Positions 1 to 11,290 of a stretch of 64,000 nt of DNA are shown piece after piece. Each line of letters starts with the position of its first letter. Position 1 is the stretch's first letter. The translations under genes and the position numbers were made by a program. The stretch is from Orbicella franksi (Eukaryota): the NCBI GenBank assembly GCA_964199315.1, contig OZ116702.1, positions 25,110,001 through 25,174,000 of the forward strand, written 5' to 3'. The notes beneath the pieces are model-generated. The model did no database searches. It was not told the DNA's origin and saw only the letters and a program-made list of their open reading frames with translations.

Positions 1-196
1 CGCATCCGAGCATAATATTTTGATCTGCGTTCATATACACGCATATCATACACTATGCACGAATTATGTAACCGAAACATTTCTCTTGGACAGGCCAAAA
101 CAGCGAATAGAAACATATAGCAAAAATCTTTATTGGGTTCACTAACCATTCCTCTCTATTACCTGTGATCTACACGAAAATCTTACAGAATTTTTC

Positions 197-300
197 TTGA
201 CTGTGAAGATGACGTCCGCTCAGGTTGTCAAAACGTCAGTCACCAACAACAGTTCTTTTCAGAACAACTCTCAGCCAGATGATCGCACTATATGAACTAC
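197..300. mobile_element. Penelope-like retroelement terminal fragment
   Basis: GAAGATGACGTCCGCTCAGGTTGTCAAAACGTCAGTCACCAACAACAGTTCTTTTCAGAAC... resembles the Penelope-type end segment common in cnidarian genomes (recognised from memory). Confidence 0.55.
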
Positions 301-463
301 AGAATATTTCAAGACTACATTTTTGTCAATGCCGTTCTGTTTTCGCGTTTCTCTTTACAAAAACGAGATTCTCGCTGTCCTTGAGGAGTGAGCTGATTAA
401 ATCCGGAAAGTTCTTCCTTTCGGAATATTTAAGTGTAAATTTTTACCTAAGTATTAATCTTAC

Positions 464-3400
464 TTGCGCAGTTAATGCATCCTCTCATAAAGGCAGACTG
501 GGTCTTTCCGTCTCCATCTTCGTACTTCACTAAAGCCGAAGCGCAGTGGCTTGTACCAAATGATTCCCGATCTGTGGCACAAATCTGGTTTCGCTGATTT
601 GCCGAGCAAGTAGCTGCATCGGGCTCGAGGCAATAATTGCAGTGTCTATATTGAGCACCTGTCAAAAAATGAATCAATTCGGAAAAGTATTTTTGAACAG
701 TCCTTCTACGATAATATATTTCTGCCTTCACTTTTAACTTTTGAGAAGATATTTCAAATTAACACTCGAGATGGCGTTCACCATAACAACTGTTCATCAA
801 AAATACTTCACTTTGAATAGTATTTTCAATTCCTCCAATCCAATTCTCTTCTCGGTATTTATTTGAAAATGTGCTGAAGCATTGTCTCTCGTGTTTGGTG
901 TTTCTTCTAATGCTAGTTGCTTCTATCCTGTTGCTAAATCTACATCAGTATTTATCAAGTACCGGAATTTTATCCATCATTAGCATCAGATGCTTCCTCG
1001 GAAACCCAGGGACAGAAGGCCGGATCAAGAGGAAACCAAAAGAGCGAGACCGGAGCACGCCAAAGTTTACAAGAGCGAACGAGAGAAATCTCTCGACTTG
1101 GTGGAAGCCTAGTGTGGATTGGCCGCAAAAATGTGCCCCTGAGCTTTGCCCCTGGGTTACGTTTCCGAAGTGTATCACAGTCACTTCAAGTTTGGTAAAG
1201 CGAATCGCGAATTTCCACGCCCAAAGTACAACACAATTGATATCGTTGTATCGAGTTGTCAAAGTGTTTTCAATAATTAGAAGCGAGGAAGCTTCAAACA
1301 TGGGTTACTTTTGTCTAGGGAACTCCAGGCTTGAAGTTTCGTCAATGCTTGCAGAAAACATTTGCACAACTCAAAAGCACTCCCAGAGTGGATTCTTCGG
1401 TTTTTCTGACGCACCATGATCCGTGAGATCTTGGATTGAACTGTGTTTGTTGAAGAAACTCAAAATCCGTTTTCGAATTCTTTCGGATTTAAGAATCCAA
1501 TCTTGGATTTTCTTAAAGAAACGCACCCTTAGATCAGGTTTCAGGGCGTAACAAGTATGCTTAGGTGCAGTGTAAGGTATTTTTTTCATAGCTAATAGCA
1601 ATGTTTTTATTACCTGCGGGTGGTAGGCTTGGAGCCACGGTGTTACAATTGTCGCCCGTACAGCAAATGATTTCGCCTTGCATCAAAAACCAACCTCTGC
1701 TTGCTTTATAAAACTCACCCACTGCCGCATACAATGCTTTTCTGCTCTCTGAAATGATCAAATCAAACATGGATAAAATTAACCGCGTTTATATCACAAC
1801 AACAAGCGTTCATAGTGCTATTTCTATAACACTTAATTAACGTTTTGCCAATGGACCCGTTTGTTTTTGGTCTTAGGAACCTGGTGGTACCCTTTAAGAC
1901 GTTCACCCTTAAGCTCTTAGATACGTCCTTATTTGAGGTCCATAACATGAAACGATTACTCCATTTGACGGGAAATGACGCCGTTATTTCCAAAGAACTG
2001 CCATCTTAGATTCTATGACTTTTTTAAAAATGTAAGAAAGCCACCTAACTGAGTAGCTCAACAATAGTCATAACCGAAAGCGTAAAGCTAAAAACAACTT
2101 CAAAATATGAAATATAGCTTCCGAGCAAACTCGCATTGAGTCGCTCTCACAGAATAGGGCCCCGCTACTCCCAGAGTTGCCAAGAAAGCTTGCTCGGGGG
2201 TTAGTCAAAATATAGTTGCCATGGGAGTATCACATGGAGAACGTCAGTGGAAGAAAAACAAGGCAGGCAAGAGGGGTGGGCAAGATGGGTCGAAGGCGGA
2301 ATCGTAGCATAGGACAGGGCTAGGTTGGAGAGAGTTGCAGCCTTAGGGGCTTCCGCCCGGCGCGGAGAGAGCTAGCTNNNNNNNNNNNNNNNNNNNNNNN
2401 NNNNNNNNNNNNNNNNNNNNNNNNNNNNNNNNNNNNNNNNNNNNNNNNNNNNNNNNNNNNNNNNNNNNNNNNNNNNNNNNNNNNNNNNNNNNNNNNNNNN
2501 NNNNNNNNNNNNNNNNNNNNNNNNNNNNNNNNNNNNNNNNNNNNNNNNNNNNNNNNNNNNNNNNNNNNNNNNNNNNNNNNGGGCTGACTGACTGACTGAC
2601 TGACTGACTGACTGACTGACTGACTCACCCACTCTGACTCACGACTCACTGACTCACTGACTCCCTGACTCACTGACTCACTGACGCCCCACCGCGGAAC
2701 TAACTAGCCAACTAATTAATGGAAGCATCAAGATGCTGGCGCATCATACTAAACTTCGGGAGGAGTCACCAAATGTGGAGTTCAGGCATTAATGATTTTA
2801 AAGTTACAAGCTTTATAAGTTGGTAACGACCTCTAAAGCACCCCCATCCCCGGTCTGAATAAGGCAAGACGTATATTCTTTTCAATAAACGTTTACCTAC
2901 TTGAACAATCAACGCATCCTCGGAAAAAACCTTCCATGGTATTTCCAGACTGATTCTGATAACGTACTATAACAGAGGCACAATGAGCTGAACCCAGTGA
3001 ATTCGAATCTGTGGCGCAAGTTTGGTTTTGCTGGTTCGCGAGACAAGTGGCTGCATTTTGCTCGGTGCAAGAATGACAATATTTTGTATCAACACCTGTT
3101 GGCAATACAAATAAAGATATTTTTCAAGGTCAAAAATTGACAGGGTATATAAATGACGGTCTCCTGTACCGAAGGCTATTAATCCTTGTCATTCAAAATT
3201 CTTTAACACTGGTCATGAAATTTCTGTGTTCTCTGCCTTACCTGGCAATTCCACAAGTAAGACAGTTTACTTCAGAAAACACCCTGTAACAATGCGCGCG
3301 CTAAAAGCTGTATCCTGCAGCAGGACGCTTATATGTACCCGGCCTTTTTCCACCCTGTCCTGCAGTGTACAGCAGTCACTCTCCGAGCAGAGTAAGCAGC

Positions 3401-6400
3401 TTAGCACAGAACATTTTCCTTTCGATAATCGAAAGAAACGCGTGACCTTCCTTTTTTTCCCTCGAGATGTTTTCTTTTTTTTTTTCCGTGTTCCTTTTTA
3501 AAAAGTTCTAGAAACAATCTTGAAAGATTAGGAAAAGTCATGACTACCATGAAATCACTCGCAAATGGAGTTTCAAAAAGGAAGTTTTACATCGTGTCTA
3601 CATTTAATTGCTACTGTTGGACATCTATCACTATTTTACAAGTGTTGTAACAATTAACTTGTGGGACACGTCAGCTTCTCACAAGGTAGCTAAGTTTCCC
3701 AGCGTTTCGTCCTCATAAACATTTCACAAATGTTCATCTGCTCTATACCTCAGTAAGAGTCTCCTCGGCAGCCGTTAGTAGAGAGCTTAAGCAATGACGA
3801 CGGCGACGCCAAGGGCGACGGCTGGAAAAAAAAGGATTTGTATTTTATCTTTGAATTTCGCAATTATCTGGAACTGTTCAGTAAGCCCTGCTCAAACTAA
3901 CGATATAACGCCAGCGATCAATTCCAGAACAAAATACGAAAAATTAGCCGCCGTAGTTCAAGTTCTTCAAAAAACGCAAAACTTAGTCATTTCACGTATA
4001 ACGCATGTGCCCAGCCATTGTTTTGCTCATTATACCTTTTGTTTGGTGATGTTCCCGTTGCCGTCGTGGTTTGTTTTAGCTCCCTATCAGGGACCTTAAG
4101 CAAACCACGACGACGACGACGACGACGACAACGAAAACGTCACCAAACAAAAGGTTTAATGAGCAAAACAATGGCTGTGCACGTGCGTTATAATCTCTGT
4201 ACATTTCTTTGCTGTCCTCTGCAAAACAACAACGTGAAATGACAGGGTTCTGCGTCGTCTAAGGAACGTGGAAGACGACGGCTAATTTTTCGTAATTCTA
4301 TTTGGAATTGACCTTTGACGTTGCTTATTTAGTCTGAGCACGTTTTTAGAGCCATTCGCGCACTGAACAGATCTCGGCAATCACTAATTTCGCTTGTAAA
4401 ATATATAGAGGATATTACACGGTGGCGAGAAGATATAAATTTTATCTTCGAGTGGCAAGACCAAGAACGAGTGTTCTTGCCACGAGAACATTCATATCTT
4501 CGAACTAACTTGTAATGTTCTTTTTATTATATAGACATAGTGATAACGGCGTTTTTGACGATTTTCCGAAGATTTTCGACCACTTTCCGAAGATTTCCGA
4601 AGATTCTCTAAAACTTGTCCGAAGGTCACACGAACGTTGCCGAACATTTTCCGAAAATTTCCGAAGGTTGCCGAAGATTGCCGAAGACTGTCGAGAAAGA
4701 CCCGAAGAAGAGACAAACTTGAATCAGTGAAATCATCGATATCTTCACTAGTGAGGATATGGAAAATACGCCACTCAAGTCCCGGATGTGGTTTCGTATG
4801 AATTTTACGAGTGGTGTATTTTCCAGTAAAACACTCGTGTCTATATAATAAGAATTAATTTTTTTACTAGGCGTCGTCCTCGGCGCAGTCTTAGTTGTCG
4901 TTGCTTAAGCTCCCTACTAAGGTCGTCACCACGACGACCCTACTATAAACTTTTGCGAAGTAGACTACCACAACAAACGAAAAAAGCGTCTCTTGTAACA
5001 CAAAAAGGTCACATCCGGTCATAATTTAGTTGTAGTCACACAACAGTTTTTTTTTCTAAATGTATGATAATAACGAGACACCTGATGACAACTTATACCA
5101 AGTCAAGGCAGAGAATAGAAGTTTGTTTAGCGTCTTGTTAGATAAACATATTTAATTATCTAGCCTAGCTAGCTGTTGACATTGGTATCGTTAGCGTGAT
5201 AAAATTAATGTAGCGGCATAAACACTTAACGTCCTGTTTCGAGTCATGTGGCAGAGCATGATCTGGCTATGATGAACACGTGCTATGATATTTCCTATTG
5301 GGTCGATTAGTACTGAAGCCGATCATGGTAGCCCCTGTCAGACCAATAGCATGCTAAGTATCCTGGGCTCAAAATCAAAGTTTTGGTGTTAACTTCCTCT
5401 TAGTTGGTCTATGGAAATTTGAAATTCGTGACGCGTCTGTAAAACATTTTCCAGTACTGACATATCAGTTTACAAGTTCAGAAAAATGAACTTTGCCCTA
5501 TGTTATTTTAAAAGCGAGTTGAAGCGAAGTCCAGTTCACCCAAAATTTGATTTGGCAGAGATGACGTAGGCCCACATTAGGCTAACAATTATGTTTGGTA
5601 CGTGATCAAAGTTTTATCCGAGCCACGCCAAAAACAATAATTGTAAATGAATTTCACTTTCACTGCATCAAACGACCTCCCAAAGGTCGGATACTGGATT
5701 TGTCCGTACTATATGTTTCATTTTCAACAAAGAAACCAAAATAACGAAATGATCTTCGCAGTGTGTCGAGGTGTGTTACTTATAAACGTCTTTTACATCT
5801 AAGGTCACACACGCCACCAAAAACCAAAACATGTCTGATTGGACGTCGATGCGGTAATAACGTTTTCTTTTTTATAAGAACATGTTTTATAAGAATATCG
5901 AGGCTGAAATTTGCGAAATTTTAAGAAAATATTAAAAATAAACTCGAGGCTGAGATTTTGAAAACAATGTAATTTTGTATGTTGACAATTCCTAGTATAA
6001 TACAGTTACATGTTTTTAACTAAATCGTATCAGGAGCCATAATCGGAAAATTATTCCTTTTTCTAAATGGCAAAACTAGCCAAAAACCAACAAAAACAGA
6101 CGTATTAGCCGTATGCTCGATTCCTGTAACATTTCTGCTGGCGTTACGTGCGTCATATCAGGTTTTGATGGTCTTTGATGCCTAATGTCTATAAAATAAG
6201 TATAATCTAAGAATATTCACAAGAAGATTTTTAGCCTAAAATCGGCAGAAAAATAAGAATATCTGGCCTCGGCAGGAAAAACAATATTCTTATTTAAAAA
6301 AAAAAGAGTGTAACGTACCGTGCAGTGTTTGATATCCAGTTTCATAGAATGTTTCTGTATGACGTGACTTCTGCTTAGATGCAAGTAACGACATACATCG

Positions 6401-6953
6401 TAAACATTAGAAAGTCACATTTTTATCAGTTGAAGGTCAATTGTGCTCGACACTAAACTGAAAACACCTCTTTGCTGACTCAGTCTTTGGTCATAGTAAA
6501 TTTGCAACCTCTTGGCGGCGAATTGCGCTAAGTAAAAATTTCATTATTTTCTCTATGGAGAATTGAAAAGCAGTTTCGAACAAAATAAAGGAACATTATA
6601 TTGTATATACATGTACTTTCGAAAGTCATGTGCTATAAAAAATAAGTTTAAAGTTCAAGCAAAGGAAGTCTTGTGGCGCGAGCTGGAGTAACTGAAATCT
6701 CGTCGGTTGTTGAAAATCACATTTTACAGAAACCGATTTCGTCAAAATCGACATTGTTGAGTTTTACGATTTTAAGACGCTATTTTGTCAATTTAAGCCC
6801 AATTTTACACTTACTTTTGTGAGTAATATTTCGATGAATTTTAAAGAACTATTGTATTCGCATACTTCAGAGCATGGAACAGAAAATTAAAAACTGTTTC
6901 TTACCCAGGGCGTCCGCAATGAGCAATACCATAACGATAAATAAAAGCTTCAT
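464..6953 (-). CDS. Secreted multi-domain Ly6/uPAR (three-finger)-like cysteine-rich protein, 3'-partial (probably continues past position 1)
   Basis: Exons on minus strand: 6953-6905 (signal peptide MKLLFIVMVLLIADAL, donor GTAAGA), 3095-2901 (195 nt, GVDTKYCHSC...FFRGCVDCS), 1748-1614 (135 nt, ...EIICCTGDNCNTVAPSLPPA), 658-464 (195 nt, GAQYRHCNYC...FMRGCINCA). All junctions are GT-AG and phase 1, so the frame is continuous. Domain 1 has 10 Cys including CxxC, RGC and the LU-type CC-x4-CN end. From memory it resembles coral proteins labelled 'uncharacterized skeletal organic matrix protein 2-like' (not verified). Confidence 0.85.
2378..2580. other. Assembly gap (203 N)
   Basis: Run of N inside the intron between Ly6/uPAR exons 2 and 3, abutting a (GACT)n tract. 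Confidence 0.99.
2585..2684. repeat. (GACT)n tetranucleotide microsatellite, degenerating to the right
   Basis: About 10 perfect GACT units followed by GACTCACT variants. Confidence 0.95.
3779..4086. mobile_element. MITE with TAG(A/G)GAGCTTAAGCAA-type terminal inverted repeats
   Basis: Starts TAGAGAGCTTAAGCAATGACGACGGCGACG and ends CCGTTGCCGTCGTGGTTTGTTTTAGCTCCCTA; no coding capacity. Confidence 0.75.
4089..4915. mobile_element. MITE (AGGGAnCTTAAGCAA TIR) interrupted by a nested element
   Basis: TIRs AGGGACCTTAAGCAAACC ... TTGCTTAAGCTCCCT. An uninterrupted reverse-orientation relative lies at 63276-63616. Confidence 0.8.
4405..4851. mobile_element. Non-autonomous DNA element nested in the MITE at 4089-4915
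   Basis: Begins ATAGAGGATATTACACGGTGGCGAGAAGAT and ends CACTCGTGTCTATATAATA; internal hairpin and TTCCGAAGAT-type repeats; inserted in an AT-rich ...AAAATATA site. Confidence 0.7.
5858..6312. mobile_element. MITE with A/T-rich TIRs
   Basis: ACGTTTTCTTTTTTATAAGAA at the left end and TTCTTATTTAAAAAAAAAAGAGTGTA at the right end; subterminal CTCGAGGC/CCTCGGC motifs. Confidence 0.6.
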
Positions 6954-7010
6954 GTTTGAATCCTCCACCGAAATTCTCTCTTCTCCTGAGTTTTGATAAC
7001 AGACTTTTGA

Positions 7011-7016
7011 TTTATA
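7011..7016 (-). promoter_or_regulatory. TATA box of the Ly6/uPAR-like gene
   Basis: TATAAAT on the minus strand about 58 nt upstream of the signal-peptide ATG at 6953. Confidence 0.55.
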
Positions 7017-7581
7017 AGTAGGTTGGTTAAACCCTATAAACAGCAGCGTGATATCAACACGTGCAGGTCATCAGCATGATGGAAATATTTGATTGGGCAA
7101 AAGTCCACTGGATAAGCGCGTGCACGAATTGATTGACAACTGATTGATTGACGAATTGATTGACAGCTGTAAGCTTACGAATGGTGACAGATATAGCGTG
7201 TTCCTGATACTAGAGGAACGGTGAAAGGCAAATTCTTCGACGAATCAATCCCTGCTGGGCTCGCGTTTCCGTTGCGAAGCTCTAGTAATATGAGGATGTT
7301 TCATACGCGGTGATTGGCTAACTGTTCGGGCAAGATGGCGCTATCTCGCCCGCTCAGAATTACCCGTTGTATCCCGCTCTTTTTACCAGGTAATAAAACC
7401 TTTATTGATCAAGCTTACCGAGTAAAGATGGCTATACGTTAACTTAGTTCCTTTTTTTTTTTTTGCGTGCTTTACATGGAACCCAAAACGTCTTGGTCCA
7501 TGATAACCTCTAAAAATAACTTGGCCAATATCCGACCATTTTAACCTCAGGCTTGGTCAATAAACCCATTTAGAAAACAGT

Positions 7582-8102
7582 CCTAAGAAAATACGCGCGC
7601 TGATTGGTTAAAAATCGTGTTTCTATAACTCGATAGAGACGTAATGATGGCGCGAGCAAAGAGAATTTACATTTTGATAATCAAAGTTAACAAGTTGTTT
7701 TCCTTTTTTCGTCGCGGTGTTTTCTAAAAGAAAAAGAAGACATGTACCCCGTGTTTCTCTCGAGCTTTAGTATAACTCTACTAGCGTTCTATAACGAATG
7801 CCGTCCTCTGATTGGCTACGATACTCACGTTTTATTCTGTGATAGATAGTGAGTAGCGTAGTAGCGTGCGCTGGGGGCCGCTTCTTTGTGTTTTCGAAGT
7901 GTCTGTGAAGAGGATTTAGATGAGAGTTTTGAACGACTAGTAGATTTATACTAAAACAATTAGATTATCCGCTCTCGATTTATATGCGTAATAGTTGACT
8001 CGGGCTGCGCCCTCGTCAGCTATCACGCGATAGAAATCTCGAGCTCATAATCGAATTGTTTATTACTCGATAGAAACACGTACATGTTTTCTATTCCTTA
8101 AA
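7582..8102. mobile_element. Two nested non-autonomous DNA elements (TGATTGG-type)
   Basis: Outer element ...CTCGAGCTTTAGTATAACT / TTACTCGATAGAAACACG is split by an inner element at about 7777-8063 with its own hairpin. Confidence 0.55.
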
Positions 8103-8103
8103 T

Positions 8104-8664
8104 ATAGATGGTTTTCAAGTGACGTCATCAAATTCCAAAATCCAAAACTAAAGAGCCACAAAAGTTTTTATCTTCATCAGGCATAAGGGGATCTAAATTC
8201 ATATCTCTTTACAACCATTCAGCTCAAAAGCGTGCTTGGTCTGGAACCAGCGCAGTTTAAAGTTCAGAGTTATGGCGGTGCGTGACATACGCTCCGATCG
8301 CATTTGTGGAAAAATATACACTTAAGTAGTGATGTTTAGCCTTTTAAGGAGTTTAAGTGTTAGGAAAAGTGCTTGTGTAAATGTTTGTTGGTTCAGTTCA
8401 CATAATCAGTCGCTTAGATGGCCAAAGTAAATTCCAGATGTTTACACTATTTTTCGGCTGCCCATTTGGTGGAGCACAGAGCTATTTTGTGTAAATTTAC
8501 GCAAAACATTTCGACGAATATCTGAAGTTTGGGAAGACGCAGAGACCTCAAACTTGGAGAAGTGTCTTCTTGACCTATCTCCTATAACATTACAATTTCT
8601 TGACTCTATCAACTGAATAGTTTTTGATTTAATTTTTCGTTGCGTGAAGGTGAAAACCACCTAT
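8104..8664. mobile_element. MITE, PIF/Harbinger-like
   Basis: TIRs ATAGATGGTTTTCA ... TGAAAACCACCTAT. Confidence 0.7.
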
Positions 8665-10004
8665 AGCGACCAATGATCAATTTAAATTTTCTCTGTGTAC
8701 TTTTGCGCGACGGTCAAACGGCGATTTTCCTTCTAAGATGTAAACCTCAAAGTGAACAAAAAGTTTTGCTACTCATTTTGAAATAAAAGAGAAGCTATTG
8801 TGAAAACCTGTAATGGCTGAGGTGTGATTGCTCTCCAGACTCTCTAACAAGTGTGCTAAAATGAAGTTTTGTCTTCAGTCGACAAAATATTACGTACACT
8901 GTTTGGTTGAAGCGGGGGGGGGGGGGGTGCGTCCTCGAATATGTTATTATCTAGGGTATGGCTTGCGCCGCGTGTTAGTTTAAAATATTGTATAGATTTT
9001 GACCGTTTTGACTTGAAACTGACAAGGTATGCTTTGTGCATTCTGGTCAACATTGAAGTATAGTTCTTATCATTGTTGTTATTCTGAAGCCTGTCTCATG
9101 GAACTCGAAAAAAAAAAAAAAAAAACTGCCGTTATTTCCATGGTCTATTGTTCGTTTGCCTAGTTCTTAGTCTTCAGGCTGCACCTGGATGACTGGGGCT
9201 GTCTGAAATTGAGTTTCGAGTACTGGGTCAGGTCTGAGATAGGGTAGGGTAAATCACTCATGTTGGTTTGAATTCTAGTACGCAACACACCCCTACCCAG
9301 ATTTTTGGGGAGTATCCCCGGGTTTTACTCATTATATTTCTGATCTTATTACAGATTAATGATACTGAACATGCCAGTGTGACATTACAAACCCTCTTGT
9401 GTGGGGCACAATTTCATACATGATCAATTTGTGAACCCAGTTCCGGTCTTCACAGCCAAGATAATCCGCGCATCCGGTAAACTTTTACCTTGATCGATAT
9501 CGACGGACCAAGCAGAGCTTTTAAATAGTTTGGCACAGTTACAAATTTCAGTTTAGCCCTTGTGTTACTCGCAGAGAAATTGGGTGGAAGTGTAAGGACC
9601 GCTTTCCAAAACCCCGTGCCCAACTTATGACCAAAATCTGCGATTTTCCCTACCCAATTTATGACCTAAGAAAAATTTGATACCCTATTTTATACGACCG
9701 TTGCGGCTGAAACAGTTGCCCTAAACATAATTTAATAATCTCAGCAATATCAAACGTGAGTTTCCACAATTCTTCTAGCTCTTTCCTTTAGTAATCCGTC
9801 CTTCTACTCCCATTTTTTTTTATGTTCACTTAAACGAGATGGAGGTTAACTCGATAACCTCGCGGCGCTATTAGCCTCCGTGCACAAACTATAGACCATT
9901 GCCACCTTTAATTGTTATATATGCATCTTTTTTTTCTTTTTTCATGCTAATATTGTAATTTCAAAATGTAAGTGTAAAATAAAGTGAAGTTGAAGTTGAA
10001 TTTT

Positions 10005-10234
10005 AATTTTTGAAGGGCTTTTGTTGATGGTCTTTTGTTGATGGTCTGATGAAAAAGTAGCTTCTTCTAAAAAGCATACCCAGTTCAAGACTAGAGTGCG
10101 AAAACTGTATCCTATTTATGACCAGAATGGCCAAAATCGATACCCTATTTATAACCAAAATGGCTGAAAGCCATACCCTTTGAGCCCGCACATACCTATA
10201 TAACCCATATATGGGAGTACCCCCCCCCCCCGGG
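10005..10234. mobile_element. Fragment of the CCCGGGGGGG(G)TACTCCC-terminated repeat family; related pieces at about 8900-9050, 9200-9320, 9560-9730 and 12716-12903
   Basis: Shared GGGAGTACCCCCCCCCGGG terminus and internal ACCCTATTTATGACCAAAAT motifs; the 12716-12903 copy has both termini inverted. Confidence 0.6.
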
Positions 10235-10466
10235 AAATTTAGCGACATTGCTATCTCGAACTCGGTTATGTCATCTTTCCCTTAAGAGCTGAGATCGCTG
10301 AAATCGATGAGATCGCGGGGTTTAATAACTTTGCGCATTTCACGCCACTACACGATCTAACGATACACGGCTGCCTGCTAGGGCCGGTCAAGCGGATATA
10401 AATTTCCGGCTGACCGTGATGAGGCCATCGTAATGATCCGCGTATTGTTTGTCACCAGATATTTAA

Positions 10467-10922
10467 GGCCGCGTTTTCCAAAAGCCGGTAAATGCTAACC
10501 CAGGAGTAAAAGTTAACTGTCTAGTTTTTGTGAAGTTTGAGATAATTCAAACTCAAAACTGAAGGACTAGACTGCGAGCAATCTCTCTTTTCCTCGAAAA
10601 TCCGCGGGGAAGAATGCAAACTATGAGCATGACATGCTAGCGGCGATGCCGCAAGCCGCTAGTAGCGCGGGCGTCTGAAGACGAGCGACGCCCGCGCTAC
10701 TAGCGGCTTGCGGCATCGCCGCACGCAGGTCACGCTCACAGCCACGCTCGCTTTGCGTTCTTCCCCACAGTTTTCGAGGAAAAGAGAGACTGCTCGCAGT
10801 CTACTGAAGAACAAGCAATAGAACCAGAAAAGGTCACTGCGAAAAGTTACAAAAATTAAATCAAACTTTTCACTTCAGTTGCTGGGTTAACTTACTCAGG
10901 CTTAATTTTGAGCAACCCGGCC
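10467..10922. mobile_element. MITE (GGCC...GGCC TIR) hosting a foldback insertion; sister copy at 17377-17565
   Basis: GGCCGCGTTTTCCAAAAGCCGG ... TTTTGAGCAACCCGGCC; the same sequence and the same 15-nt left flank recur at 17362-17475. Confidence 0.75.
10568..10803. mobile_element. Foldback non-autonomous DNA transposon with 9-bp TSD
   Basis: TIR TAGACTGCGAGCA ... TGCTCGCAGTCTA; flanks CTGAAGGAC / CTGAAGAAC (1 mismatch); perfect internal 36-bp inverted repeat at 10640-10675 / 10687-10722. Confidence 0.85.
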
Positions 10923-11088
10923 CAGGGTATAATTAAAGTATTAGCTTTTTCGGAACGCGATCTCTCCAGAGATAAAAAAAAAATGCATCTGATCTTGTGG
11001 AAGAAATGAACCAGAATCTGAAATTTTGGAGAACATTCATAACCAACGTCGAGAGGTGGCCCTGTGAGAGGTCTCTTGTGCTCCTCTT

Positions 11089-11290
11089 TAGCCTGCGTAA
11101 CAAGAGTTCCGAAGAGCATTTTACGCATTCTGGCCGCGTGCAAACTGCAGCGAGAACAGAAAAATCGACTGCAAAAATAATAATAATAATAAAAAATGAT
11201 CGCTTTGGCGATTTTTTTGTTCTCGCTCTAATTTGCGCGCGGCCAGAATGTAGATAAAGCTCTTCGTACGGGAATGATTGCTACTCAGGC
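11089..11290. mobile_element. MITE with TAGCCTG...CAGGCTA TIRs
   Basis: TAGCCTGCGTAACAAGAG ... ATTGCTACTCAGGCTA with inverted internal halves. Confidence 0.7.

Noticed and set aside
871-1419. 182-aa plus-strand ORF with a hydrophobic start
   Set aside because: Begins at GTG, lies antisense in an intron of the Ly6/uPAR-like gene, runs into a MITE and has no recognisable motif.
2320-2673. ORFs with SQSV repeats and X runs
   Set aside because: Translation of the (GACT)n microsatellite and the N gap.
3290-3420. Minus-strand Cys-containing peptide (CSVLSCLLCSESDCC) as a possible extra LU exon
   Set aside because: No pyrimidine-rich acceptor on the minus strand, and exon 1 joins exon 2 in frame without it.
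9340-9540. TATTTAAA plus donor-like site on the minus strand as a third microprotein copy
   Set aside because: Only faint similarity to the paralogue 5' regions and all frames close quickly; cannot be supported without alignment.
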